Source: Hydrurus foetidus | Lineage: Eukaryota | DNA: 64,000 nt | Direction of reading: 5' to 3' | NCBI GenBank assembly: GCA_900617105.1 | Contig: UYFQ01000260.1 | Location: 124,001-188,000 of the forward strand | Shown here: piece by piece, positions 21,720-33,519 of the stretch | Position numbering within the stretch: position 1 is the stretch's first letter | Layout: every line of letters starts with the position of its first letter | The notes under the pieces: generated by a model | Database searches by the model: none | What the model was told of the DNA's origin: nothing | What the model saw: the letters and a program-made list of their open reading frames with translations, nothing else | Program-made: the position numbers and the translations under genes

Positions 21720-21753
21720 AAAAAAAAGGACGAAGCCGTGTGGCGTCGTCCTT
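21720..21753 (-). terminator. Intrinsic terminator ending about 20 nt upstream of the phoH start
   Basis: Minus strand AAGGACGACGCC-ACAC-GGCTTCGTCC followed by T8. Confidence 0.85.
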
Positions 21754-21935
21754 GGCGGTGGGGAGGAGATGAACGAAGACGCGTGCGCAACGGGCGGCTC
21801 GGTGCTGGACCGAGAGGGCGGTGGTTCCGAGGAACGCCTGTACGCCAAAAGCGACACCCTGATCTCCGTCGTCGGGAGCCGGGGCCGAACATCGACCCCG
21901 GTGGGAATCGATGGGATTTCTCCCCTCGAATCGCC
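21720..21935 (-). ncRNA. Candidate sRNA or attenuated leader (alpha-r8/suhB-like); 5' end uncertain
   Basis: Non-coding stretch with an anti-SD motif UCUCCUCCCC (21760-21769) directly before the terminator. Confidence 0.5.
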
Positions 21936-22007
21936 CGACTAGGATGATGCTAACGTGGTTTCTCAGATGTTAATCAAGCGACGATTTCAAGAAAATGGGG
22001 TGTACGG

Positions 22008-22529
22008 ATGACTGTCTATTCCTTGGGCGCCGTTAGCCCGATCCTTCCCGAGGCGGGCGAATACTGGATCGCCCCGACCGCATCGGTCATGGGCAATGTC
22101 ACTTTGAAGAGAAACGCCAGTATATGGTGGGGCGCAATTGCTCGGGGTGACAACGATCCAATCGAGATCGGTGAAAACAGCAATGTTCAAGACGGCTCAG
22201 TACTTCACACTGACCATGGTGCGCCGCTGACCATCGGGGCCAACGTGACCATCGGTCACATGGTTATGCTGCATGGCTGCACCATCGGCGACGGCTCCCT
22301 GATCGGGATCGGGGCGATTGTGCTCAATGGCGCGAAGATTGGCCGCAACTGTCTGATCGGCCGGCGCTGATCACCGAGGGCAAGGAAATTCCGACAATTC
22401 GATGGTGATGGGCGCCCGGGCAAGGTGGTGCGCGAGATCGGCGAGCAGCATGCCCTGATCCTTCAAGGCTCGGCTTTGCACTATGTCGAGAACTGGAAGC
22501 GCTACAGCCGCGACCTGTTGCCCGTCTGA
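22008..22529 (+). CDS. Gamma carbonic anhydrase family protein (frameshifted)
   Basis: RGDN, SNVQDG.VLH and [10 protein letters not shown] motifs; hexapeptide repeats. Confidence 0.92.
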
Positions 22530-22939
22530 CCTGAGGCTTCGGGAGCGCCGCTTCCTGTCGGGGGAGGAATCAGAAGCGGCGCTCGCGATCCCGCACGGAA
22601 TCATCACGTGCAGGGCAGGCGTTCGACGCCGGCGCTCAGATCGCCCGCAGTCGAAGCCGGAAGGCGAACCCGGTGGGGCAACCAGATCCGCACTCACCCA
22701 AAGCGTCAGCATCGACTTGGTTGCATCGCGCAGCGAACTCGCCTTTGGCGAAAAGCCCCCGGTGATCAGTCCTGGCGATGGATCGAGACGCGCCTGACCC
22801 TGTTCGTTCCGTGGTCAGCCAAACTTGACCGTGCAATGTCCCCACGGAAGATCGGCAGGCGCGGCCGCTTGCATCCCTCAGGCAAGCTGTTGCAAAGCTC
22901 TCCGCACCCGTTTCCGAACGCGCCTTCCGGGAGGGTCGC

Positions 22940-23989
22940 TTGAAATCCAAGAAGCCGACCATTGACGATGTCGCCCGCGTCTCCGGCGTGGCGCGCGTCA
23001 CGGTTTCACGCGTCCTGAACGGCGGGCCCAATGTCCGCGACGAGGTGCGCGACAGGGTGATGCGGGCGGTCGAAAGCCTGGACTACAAGGTCAATCCCCA
23101 GGCGCGCAGCCTGGCGGGCGGCGCCAGCCGGCTGCTGGCCTTTGTGTTCGCGTCCGACCCCGACAAGGAGCCCAATTCCTACTACGAGTCCGCTCTGGAA
23201 CTCGGCGCCCTGCGCGCCTGTCTGGCCCTGGGCTATCAGGTGCTGATCCAGAATGTGCCGCAGAACACGCCTGATCGTCAGAAGCGGGTGATGGACCTGA
23301 TCACGACCCAGCGCTGCGAGGGTCTGATCCTGTCGCCGCCCTACAGCGATGACGTCGAACTGATTGACGCGGCCCTGGCCCTGGGCTGTCGCGTGGTGGC
23401 GGTGTCGCCGGGCGGGATGGGGCGGGGCAGGGCAGACAGCGTCGGCATCGATGACGAGGCCGGCGGCTACGACATGGCCCGTGAGCTTCTGCGCCTGGGT
23501 CACCGCCGGTTCGGCTTCATCGCCGGGCTGGAGGGGCACCTTTCGGCGGACCGGCGCCTGGAAGGCTTCAAGCGCGCCCTGGCCGAGCAGGGGCTTGGCG
23601 ACGAGGCCTATGTCATGGTTCGCGGCGACTTCACGTTCCGGTCAGGCACCCGCCTGGCGCCGGAACTGCTGGATCACGCCCTCAAGCCGACGGTCCTGGT
23701 CTGCGCCAATGACGACATGGCCGCCGGAGGGCTGTCGGCCGCTCACGCTCGGGGGCTGAGCATTCCCGGCGATCTGTCGATCACGGGCTTCGACGATGCG
23801 CCGGTCGCCGGGATCGTCTGGCCGCCACTGACGACGGTGAATCAACCGGTGAAGGATCTCGGCCAGCGGGCCGTCGAGCTTCTTGTCGCCCGCCTGACCG
23901 GGGCCAATCTGGCGTCCGAGCCCGTCTTCCATCTTCTCGACCACATGGTCGTTTCGCGACAGACAACCGCGCCGCTGCCGGGTCGTTGA
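22940..23989 (+). CDS. LacI-family transcriptional regulator
   Basis: TIDDVARVSGVARVTVSRVLN, YKVNPQARSL, NDDMA, GFDD and PLTTVNQP motifs. Confidence 0.95.
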   Translation: MKSKKPTIDDVARVSGVARVTVSRVLNGGPNVRDEVRDRVMRAVESLDYKVNPQARSLAGGASRLLAFVFASDPDKEPNSYYESALELGALRACLALGYQVLIQNVPQNTPDRQKRVMDLITTQRCEGLILSPPYSDDVELIDAALALGCRVVAVSPGGMGRGRADSVGIDDEAGGYDMARELLRLGHRRFGFIAGLEGHLSADRRLEGFKRALAEQGLGDEAYVMVRGDFTFRSGTRLAPELLDHALKPTVLVCANDDMAAGGLSAAHARGLSIPGDLSITGFDDAPVAGIVWPPLTTVNQPVKDLGQRAVELLVARLTGANLASEPVFHLLDHMVVSRQTTAPLPGR

Positions 23990-24009
23990 ACGCCGTTTTC
24001 GTTTCAAAC

Positions 24010-24057
24010 TTGACAACGTTGTCGACGGATCGCTAATTGGAAGCGCTTCCAATTAGC
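24010..24057 (+). promoter_or_regulatory. Sigma70-type promoter overlapped by two LacI-type palindromes
   Basis: TTGACA at 24010, GCTAAT 16 nt downstream; GACAACGTTGTC (24012-24023) and the perfect 26-bp GCTAATTGGAAGCGCTTCCAATTAGC (24032-24057). Confidence 0.75.
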
Positions 24058-24126
24058 TCAAGACGGGCGGTTGGTGTGAAAACGACAAGAAGCGCCGCCA
24101 AAACGGGCGCAGTTCAGGGGAGAGCT

Positions 24127-26977
24127 ATGCGAAACCGCATCACGCGCCGGGCGCGTCCGTCGATCAGTCGATTCTATGCCACCGCCTCCGTCGCCGCGAT
24201 TACCGTGGCGCTGGCAGGCTCGATCGCCAATGCCCAGGAGGTCCCGGACAGGCCCGACGCCGAAACCGTCGAAGCCGTGATCGTTACCGGGATCAAGGCC
24301 GGCATCCAGAACTCGATCAACATCAAGAAGAACGAGACCTCGATCGTCGAGGCGATCTCGGCCGAAGACATCGGCAAGCTGCCCGACGTGTCGATCGGCG
24401 AGTCGATCGCCCGCCTGCCGGGTCTGGCGGCCCAGCGCGTCAATGGTCGCGCCCAGGTGATCTCGATCCGGGGCCTCGCGCCCGACTTCACCACCACCCT
24501 GCTGAACGGCCGCCAGCAGGCCAGCTCCGGCGACAACCGCGCCGTCGAGTTCGACCAGTATCCGTCGGAACTGCTGTCCAGCGTCGTGATCTACAAGACG
24601 CCCGACGCCCAGGTCTCGGGCATGGGCCTCTCGGGCACCGCCGATCTGCGCACCGTGCGTCCGCTGGCCTATGGGCGCCGCGCTCTGGTCCTGAACCTGC
24701 GCGGCGAACAGACGGCCGGCAAGAAGCTCAATGACGACGTCGCCAATCGCGGCGGCCGTTTCAGCGCCAGCTATATCAACCAGTTCGCCGACGACACGAT
24801 CGGCGTGGCCCTGGGCTATGCGCACCTCGACTCGCCTTCGCAGGTCAAGCACTACAAGGCCTACGGCTATGAGGCTTTCGGCTTCGCCGTCACGCCCGAC
24901 AGCGCCGACAACGCCCTGATGCTGAACGGCCAGGAGATCTTCGTCACCTCGCGCTCAACAAGCGCGACGCCGCCATCGGCATCTTCGAATATCAGCCGAA
25001 CGATCGCATCCACTCGACCCTCGACCTCTACTATTCGACCTTCAAGCAGAACGAGACCACGCGCGGCGCGCAGTGGTTCTCGAACGGCTGGGCCGACAAC
25101 GCCACCTTCACCAACGTCAAGACCAAGCAGCTGGGCGGCTCGAGCTTCGCCGAAAGCGGCACCCTCAACCGGGGCGTTCTGCAGCTGCGCAACGACTTCA
25201 ACAAGCGCCAGGACCAGCTGTTCTCGGCCGGGCTGAACAACGAGTTCAAGCTGAGCGAGCACACCATGCTGCTGGCGGATCTGTCCTATTCTTCCAACAA
25301 GCGCAAAGAGCAGATCATGGAAACCTACGCCGGCTATGGCCGGGGCGTGGGCGGGGTAAAGCCCGGTACTCCTGATGTCGGGCGCACCTTTGACACCATC
25401 GGCTTCCAGGTCGCCGACAAGGGCTTCTCGCAATATGACGAAGGCCTGAACTATGCCGACGCCACCAAGGTCACCCTCGGCGACCGCGCCCCCTGGGGCG
25501 GCTGGGGTCACGATGGCTCGATCCGCTATCCGCATGTGAAGGAAGACGTGTCGGCCCTGGACCTGCGGCTTGAGCACGAGATGGACGGCTTCATCACCGG
25601 CGTCGATGTCGGTCTGAACTACACCAAGCGCGAAAAGACCAAGTCCGTTCTGGATAACGACCTGTTCCTCAAGAACGGCCGTCAGCAGGTCTATGTTGAC
25701 GCCGGCGATCTGGTCGACCCGACCCAGCTGGGCTTCGCCGGATTTGGCGGCGTGCTCAGCGTCAAGATCGGCGATGTCTGGAAGAAGTACTACAACGCTG
25801 CGCCGATCCTCGACGCCAACTACTTCGACAAGAACTGGGCGATCACCGAGGAGGTCACGACCGCCTTCGCCAAGGCCAACTTCCAGGTCGGCGATCTGCG
25901 CGGCAACCTGGGCGTCCAGGTGGTCAAGCAGTCGCAGGACTCGAGCGGCGTCGTGATCAATGGCCTTGAGCCGGGCAAACCTATCGTCCCGACCAAGATC
26001 AAGGACGGGGCCGACTACACCGACGTCCTGCCCAGCCTGAACATGATCTACGACCTGGGCGGCGGTCATCGTCTGCGCTTCGCCCTGTCCAAGACCATGG
26101 CCCGCCCGCGCATGGACGACCTGCGCGCCAATGTGACGCCGGGCTTCAACTCGCTGGTCTGCAGCGGCCAGCCCTGCGCGCCAGGCACGACCGTCAATCC
26201 TTGGTCGGCCAGCGGCGGCAATCCGAACCTCAAGCCCTGGATGGCCAAGGCCGCTGACCTTGCCTACGAGTGGTATGTCAGTCCGGCGACCTACCTGTCG
26301 GTGGCGGCGTTCTACAAGAAGCTCGACACCTACATCTATCAGCAGAGCGGCAAGTTCGACTTCACGGGTATCCCGCTGCCGTCGACCGCGACGGCGATCC
26401 CGCCGGGCATCGTCATCAGCAACATCGGCCAGATCACCCTGCCGGCCAACGGCAAGGGCGGCGAGGTCAAGGGGCTGGAGTTCAGCGGCGCGGTTGACCT
26501 GGGTGAGATCATCGATCCGCTGAAGGGCTTCGGCATGCAGGGCAGCCTGTCGCTGACGGAGTCGAACCTGAACCCGACGACCAGCACCGATCCGAAACAG
26601 AAGGTGCGAATCCCGGGTCTGTCGGGAACGGTCTATAACGTGACCGGCTACTATGAACGCGGCGGCTTCCAGGCGCGGATCAGCCAGCGCTATCGCTCCG
26701 CCTTCAAGGGCGAGGTGGTGCAGCTGTTCGCCACGCGAGGCTTCACGAGATCCTGGCCGACAAGCAGGTCGACGCCCAGATCGGCTACACCTTCCAGGAG
26801 GGCCGGCTGGAGAACCTGGGCCTCCTGCTGCAAGTCAACAACCTGACGGACTCGCCCTACCGCACGCGTCTGGGCCTCGACGGCGGCGGCACGACCACCA
26901 GCGGCGGCGCCACCCTGCCCGAGACCTACGAAAAGTACGGCCGTCAGATCCTGTTCGGCGTCAACTATCGGTTCTAA
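24127..26977 (+). CDS. TonB-dependent receptor, carbohydrate-type (frameshifts near 24955 and 26745)
   Basis: VIVTG TonB box; AEDIGKLPD, ISIRGL, YKTP, LPSLN and GNPNLKP motifs; C-terminal FGVNYRF. Confidence 0.92.
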
Positions 26978-27089
26978 CCCTGACATCGCGCGGACGGCTT
27001 CCAGGAGCGGTCCGCGCACTGGCAAGAACCGGTGAAGGTCGGAGCCGACTCCCCGCGGCCCCGACCTTCAACCTCATGGGAGGCGGGCT

Positions 27090-28618
27090 ATGCAGCCGCT
27101 GAAGAAGATCCTGATCGTCGGCGGCGGCACGGCCGGCTGGATGACAGCCGCCCTCTGCGCGCGCCTGTTCCAGGGGCTGTATGAAATCACCCTGATCGAA
27201 TCCGAGGAGATCGGAACGGTCGGGGTGGGCGAGGCGACGATCCCCGCCATCAAGAAGTTCAACGAGCTTCTGGGCCTCGATGAGGACGCGTTCCTGCGCG
27301 GTACGCAGGGCAGCTTCAAGCTGGGCATCCAGTTCAAGGACTGGGGGCGCAAGGGCGAAAGCTACATCCATGGTTCGGCGTCATCGGCCAGGACCTGGGA
27401 TGGTTGCGTTCCACCAGTACTGGCTGCGCATGCGGGAACTGGGCCGCGAAGGCGATTTCTCGAACCTGTCGATCAATACGGCCGCCGCGCTGCAGGACCG
27501 GTTCATGCGCGCCCGCCCCGACATGGGCGACTCGCCGATGGGCCATATCGCCCACGCCTTCCATTTCGATGCTGGCCTCTATGCCCGCTACCTCAGCGGT
27601 TTCGCCCAGGCGCGCGGCGTGCAGCGGCGCGAGGGCCGGATCGTCGATGTGACGCTGAGGCCCGAGGACGGCTTCGTCCAGTCGGTGACCCTGAACGACG
27701 GCGAGGTCATCGAGGCCGACTTGTTCATCGACTGCTCGGGCTTTCGGGGCCTGCTGATCGAGCAGGCGCATGAAGACCGGCTATGAGGACTGGAAGCACT
27801 GGCTGCCGTGCGACCGCGCCATCGCCGTGCCGTGCGACCGCGGCGAGGATTTCACGCCCTACACCCGCTCGACCGCCCGCTCGGCCGGCTGGCAATGGCG
27901 GATCCCGCTGCAGCATCGCACCGGCAACGGCCACGTCTATTCCAGCCAGCACATCGACGATGACGAGGCCGAGCGCGTCCTGCTGGACAATCTCGACGGG
28001 CCCCAGCGGGCCGACCCGCTGCGTATCCGGTTCGTGACCGGCAAGCGCCGCAAGATCTGGAACAAGAACTGCGTCGCCATCGGCCTGGCCAGCGGCTTCC
28101 TGGAGCCGCTGGAATCGACCAGCATGCACCTGATCCAGTCGGCGGCCATCCGGATGGTCCGGCTGCTGCCGGACGCCGGTTTCGATCAGGCCGGGATCGA
28201 CGAGTTCAACCGCCAGAGCGACTTCGAATACGAGCGCATCCGCGACTTCATCATCCTGCACTACAAGGCCACGCAGCGCGACGACACGCCGTTCTGGCGT
28301 TACTGCCGCGACATGGACATTCCCGCCACCCTGCGGCGGAAGATGGACCTGTTCTCGGCCAACGGCCGGGTCTTTCGCGAGGACGACGAACTCTTCACCG
28401 AGGAGAGCTGGATCCAGGTGTTCCTGGGCCAGGGCGTCATCCCGCGCGGCCATGACCCGCTGGTCGGCGTCCAGTCCGACGACGAGATCGCCCGCTATCT
28501 GGCCAATATCGAGACCGTCATCGGCAAGTGCGTGAACCTCATGCCCGGTCACGCCGAGTTCGTCGCCCGGACCTGTCCCGCGCCGCCGCTGGTCCAGTCC
28601 AAAGCCCTCGCCCTCTAG
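27090..28618 (+). CDS. Tryptophan halogenase family flavin-dependent protein (frameshifted)
   Basis: [34 protein letters not shown] and FLEPLESTS motifs. Confidence 0.92.
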
Positions 28619-28641
28619 ATTGTAGCCCACGGAGTATCGCC

Positions 28642-30927
28642 ATGACGACCGCAGCCCAGCCCTTGTCCGCCCTGCGGATCCTGTGCCGGACCACAGCCGC
28701 CGTGGCCTTCTGGCCCTGACGCCGGCTGCCGCGACCATGGCCCAGGTCATGCCGACCCAGGACAGCGCCCCGCTGGCGCCGCGCGCCGGTGATGCGGCCT
28801 GGGCCCGGGCCGACGCCCTGGTCAAGCAGATGACCCTGGACGAGAAGATCAGCTACCTGCACGGCCTGTTCCCGCCGATGACCAAGACGGTCGCGGCCGA
28901 CATGATCCCGTCGGCCGGCTATGTGCCCGGCGTGCCGCGCCTGAAGATCCCGACCCTGCGCCAGAGCGACGCCAGCCTGGGCGTCGCCAACCAGGTCGAG
29001 CAGCGCAAGGGCGATGTCGCCACGGCCCTGCCGTCAGGCCTGGCCCTGGCGTCCACCTTCGAGCCCGAACTGGCCTATCAGGGCGGCGCCATGATCGGCG
29101 CCGAGGCCCGGGCCAAGACCTTCAACGTGCTGCTGGCCGGTGGCGTGAACCTGACCCGCGACCCGTGGGCGGGGCGAAACTTCGAGTATCTGGGCGAGGA
29201 TCCGCTGCTGGCCGGCGAGATGGCCGGCGCGCAGATCCGGGGTGTCCAGAGCAACAACATCGTCTCGACGATCAAGCACTTCGCCCTCAACGCCCAGGAG
29301 ACCGGCCGCCACGTGATGGACGCGCAGATCGACGAGGCCGACCTGCGCGAGAGCGACCTGCTGGCCTTCCAGATCGCCATCGAGAAGAGCCACCCCGCCT
29401 CGGTGATGTGCGCCTACAACAAGGTCAATGGCGACTGGGCCTGCCAGAACGACCACCTGCTGAACACGGTGCTCAAGCGCGACTGGAACTATCCCGGCTG
29501 GGTGATGTCCGACTGGGGCGCGGTGCACAGCACCACCAAGGCGGCGCTGGCCGGGCTCGACCAGCAGTCGGGCCAGGAACTGACACCAGATCTTCTTCGG
29601 CGACGACCTGAAGGCCGCCGTGGCCAGGGGCGAGGTCAGTCAGGCCCGCGTCGACGACATGGTCCGCCGCATCCTGCATGGGGTGATCACCTCGGGCCTG
29701 ATGGACAACCCGATCTCGACGACCGCCCAGCCCATCGATTACGCCGCCCATGCCCAGGTCGCCCAGGCGGTGGCCGAGCGGGGCTCGGTGCTGCTGAAGA
29801 ACGACGGCAATCTGCTGCCGCTGGCCAGGACAGCCCGGAAGATCGTGCTGATCGGCGCCCATGCCGATGTCGGCGTGATCTCGGGCGGCGGCTCGTCGCA
29901 GGTGCGGTCGGTCGGCGGCGCGCCGGTCGAGATCCCGTTGAACGGCGGGGAGGCGGCCTCGTTCGTCCGGGTGACCTGGCACGCCTCGTCGCCGCTGGCG
30001 GCGATCAGGGCGGCGGCTCCCGACGCCCAGGTGATCTATGTCGACGGCAAGGACCCCGTCGCCGCAGCGGCCGCCGCGAAGGACGCCGATGTCGCGATCG
30101 TCTTTGCCTGGCACTGGCAGACCGAGGCCCAGGACGCGCCCTCGATCGCCCTGCCGGAGAACCAGGACGCCCTGATCGAGGCCGTTTCGGCCGCCAACAA
30201 GAACGCCATCGTCGTGCTGGAGACAGGCGGCCCGGTGCTGATGCCGTGGCTCGACCGCGTCGGCGCGGTGCTGCAGGCCTGGTATCCCGGCCAGCGCGGC
30301 GGCCAGGCCATCGCCCGCCTGCTGTTTGGTGAGGTCAATCCGTCGGGCCGACTGTCGATGACCTTCCCCAAGACCGCCGAGCAGGCGCCCCGCGCCAGCG
30401 CGCCGGGCTTCGCCGAACAGGCCGCCATCGACGACGCCCGCCGCGCCGGACAGACTGCCGGACCGATCAAGGGCTTCCCGGTCAGCTATGTTGAAGGCGC
30501 CGCCGTCGGCTATCGCTGGTACGCCCAGCAGACGCTGCAGCCGCTCTATCCGTTCGGCTATGGCCTGTCCTACACCCGCTTTGACTACGCCAATCTCAAG
30601 GTCGAGGACGGCGACGGGCTGAAGGTCAGTTTCGATGTGACCAATACCGGCAAGGTCGCGGGCGCCGATACGCCCCAACTTTACGTAACGGCCGGCGCCC
30701 GCCGTCCGATGCTGCGCCTGGCCGGCTTCCAGAAGGTGGACCTTGCGCCGGGCGAGACCCGGCGGGTCACGCTGGAGGTCGAACCGCGTCTTCTCGCTGA
30801 CTATGACGTCGTCAAGCCCGGCTGGACAATCGCCGCCGGAACCTATCCTCTCTATGTCGGCCGCCATGCGGGCGACACCGCCCTGACCGGCAAGGCCCAG
30901 TTGAGGTCCTGGTCAAGGAAGCCCTGA
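28642..30927 (+). CDS. GH3 beta-glucosidase with Fn3-like C-terminus (frameshifted)
   Basis: MTLDEKI, GRNFEYLGEDP, KHF, VMSDW, VLLKN and YPFGYGLSY motifs. Confidence 0.93.
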
Positions 30928-32352
30928 TGCGCCGGTCCGGCCTCGCCACGGCCCTGGCGGCCATTGCCCTGACCTTCGGCGGCTGCGCCGCGCTTCCCAA
31001 GGCCGGTCCGTCGACGGCGCGGGCCTGGATCACCACGGGCGATCGCTCGCAGTTGCTCGCCGAGCAAGGGCCGTCGACCTTCATGGAGGTCGACGACAGC
31101 GCGGGCGCTCCCTTGCTCGTCGTCGACGCCGCCGAGCGCCACCAGACCATGGTCGGCTTTGGCGCGGCGATTACCGACGCCTCGGCCTGGCTGATCCAGA
31201 CCAAGCTGACACCTCAACAACGCGACCAGCTGATGGGCGAGCTGTTCGGAAGGGACGAGGGCGGCCTGGGCTTCAGTTTCACGCGGGTGACGATCGGCGC
31301 GTCCGACTTTTCGCTCGATCATTACAGTCTGGCCGACGCGCCTGGCGGCGCGCCGGATCCGGAGCTGAAGTCCTTTTCGATCGAGCGGCCCGCCCAGTAC
31401 GTCTTCCCGACCGTGCGGCAGGCCCTGGCGATCAATCGCGATCTGAAGGTCATGGCCTCGCCCTGGAGCGCCCCGGCCTGGATGAAGACCACCAATTCGC
31501 TGGCTAAGGGGCAGCTGAAGCCCGAGGCCTATCCCGTCTATGCCGAGTTCTTCGCCCGCTATGTGAAGGCCGCCGGCAAGGCCGGCGTGCCCACCGACTA
31601 TCTCAGCATCCAGAACGAGCCGGATTTCGAGCCGGAGAACTATCCGGGCATGCGCTGGTCGGCGCTCGATCGCGCCCGCTTCTTCGGCGAGAACCTGGGA
31701 CCGGTCTTCCAGCGCGAGCGGATCAAGACCCGCGTCCTCGACTGGGACCACAACTGGGATCATCCCGAGCAGCCCCTGGCCGTGCTGGCGGACGCCCGGG
31801 CCCGGGCTCGTCTCGGGCGTCGCCTGGCACTGCTACGGCGGTGACGTCTCGGCCCAGGCCCAGGTGGCGGCGGCTCATCCCGACAAGGATGTGTTCTTCA
31901 CCGAATGCTCCGGCGGCCAGTGGTCGCCGAAGTTCGATGAAAGCTTCAGCTGGATGATGAGCAAGCTGATCATCAGCTCGACGCGCGGCGGCGCGCGCGG
32001 CGTGCTGATGTGGAACCTGGCCCTGGATGAGGCCTATGGCCCGCACGCCGGCGGCTGCGGAGATTGTCGCGGCGTGGTGACCATCGACAGCCGCACCGGC
32101 GCCGTCGAACGCAACCAGGAATACTACGCCTTTGGTCACGCCAGCCGCTTTGTGAAGCCCGGCGCCGTTCGCATCGGATCGCCCGCCAAGGTCGGCGATC
32201 TGGAGACCGTGGCGTTCCTGAACCGCGACGGCGGGCGCGTCCTGATCGTGCTCAACGGCAGTCAAACCCCATCCGCCTTCGCCGTCTCCGACGGTGGTCG
32301 CCGCTTCAGGGCGACGATCCCGGCTCGGTCTGCAGCGACGCTGGTCTGGTAG
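30927..32352 (+). CDS. GH30 glycoside hydrolase (endo-beta-1,6-glucanase-like), probable lipoprotein
   Basis: GFGAAITD, IGASDF, ASPWSAPAWMK, QNEP, WDHNWD, FFTEC and WNLALD motifs; signal ending in GGC. Confidence 0.9.
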
Positions 32353-32404
32353 CCTTGCGGTCCTGAGCCGGTCCGTTCCGGGGCCTTTGCCGTCGTGGCC
32401 GCGT

Positions 32405-32467
32405 CCGGCCCATCCGAAGATCATCGAGACCGAGCCGGGCGTCGGCTATCGGTTCATCGCCGATTGA
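32405..32467 (+). pseudogene. Remnant of a KdpE/OmpR-type response regulator C-terminus
   Basis: Translates as PAHPKIIETEPGVGYRFIAD*; no upstream continuation. Confidence 0.65.
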
Positions 32468-32673
32468 GCCGCTATTCATCGACAGGTTCCGCCCGAACGG
32501 TCAGACGGGCTCAGGCCAGGCCTCCAATGCTGAGCATGTCAGCGACAAGAAGCGTGCAGGCCTTTCGCGCTGTTGACGAGCGCCCGCCAAAGTCCGGCGG
32601 ATCGCTGACACGGAGGCCTTGACCCTTGCCGCGAGACTCTTACGACTTGCCGAGCGCGGGGAAAGCACAAGCC

Positions 32674-33297
32674 ATGACGTCCTTCTATGATCGCCACATT
32701 CTGCCTCGCGTCATCGGCTGCGCCTGTGGGGCGGGGGCCATCGCCAAGCAGCGCGCCCGGGTCGTGCCACAGGCGGAAGGACGGGTTCTGGAGCTGGGGA
32801 TCGGCGGTGGGCTGAACCTGGCCTTCTATGATCCGTCGCGGGTGACCAGCGTCACCGGCATTGATCCATCGGAGGGCTTGCGCGATCGGGCGCTGGCCGC
32901 GCCGCGCCCGGAAGGTCTCAAGGTCGAGATCCTGGCGGGGGAGGCCGAGCAGATGGGTTTCGACAGCCACAGTTTCGATACCGTCGTCTGCACCTTCACC
33001 CTCTGCTCAGTGCACACACCCACCGCAGTTTTGGCCGAGGCGCGCCGGGTTCTGAAACCGGGCGGCCGGTTCCTCTTCTGCGAGCATGGGCTATCGCCCG
33101 ACGCCCCGGTCGCGCGCTGGCAGAAACGCATCGAACCCTTCTGGACGCCGCTGGCGGGCGGATGCCGGCTTACCCGGCCCGTGGGCGCGGCGATCACCGC
33201 TGCGGGGTTCGTGATCAAGGAGACCAAGGCATTCTATATGCCCAAGGCGCCCCGGCCTTTGGGCTGGTGCGAGCTTGGCGTCGCGCTCTCCGCCTGA
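32674..33297 (+). CDS. Class I SAM-dependent methyltransferase
   Basis: VLELGIGGG, SFDTVV.TFTLCSV and RRVLKPGG.FLF.EHG motifs. Confidence 0.92.
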   Translation: MTSFYDRHILPRVIGCACGAGAIAKQRARVVPQAEGRVLELGIGGGLNLAFYDPSRVTSVTGIDPSEGLRDRALAAPRPEGLKVEILAGEAEQMGFDSHSFDTVVCTFTLCSVHTPTAVLAEARRVLKPGGRFLFCEHGLSPDAPVARWQKRIEPFWTPLAGGCRLTRPVGAAITAAGFVIKETKAFYMPKAPRPLGWCELGVALSA

Positions 33298-33451
33298 GGC
33301 CTATCCCATTCCATCGCGGCGCCTTGCCGCCTATTTTCATGCCTGGGTCGACATTCTCGTGCCGAAGACCGGCGCAGCCCGCCGCACCACCCGGAAATTT
33401 ACTCATTTTGGGTAGATTTTCCGCGGACGCTCAGAGGTGGAGGGGCGTCAG

Positions 33452-33467
33452 TTAAGATGGCGTTAGC
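33452..33467 (+). promoter_or_regulatory. CtrA-box-like site upstream of the MCP
   Basis: TTAA-GATGGCG-TTAGC versus consensus TTAA-N7-TTAAC. Confidence 0.55.
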
Positions 33468-33519
33468 GATTTTCGAAAAAGCTCTGTGCTAGGTTGTTAT
33501 TGGAGCGAATCGGGCCGCC

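Noticed and set aside
22530..22939. Possible gene or ncRNA in the 400-nt gap, including the inverted repeat GAGCGCCGCTTC...GAAGCGGCGCTC
   Set aside because: No recognisable protein motif in any frame; the hairpin is probably a simple terminator or stabiliser after the gamma-CA gene.
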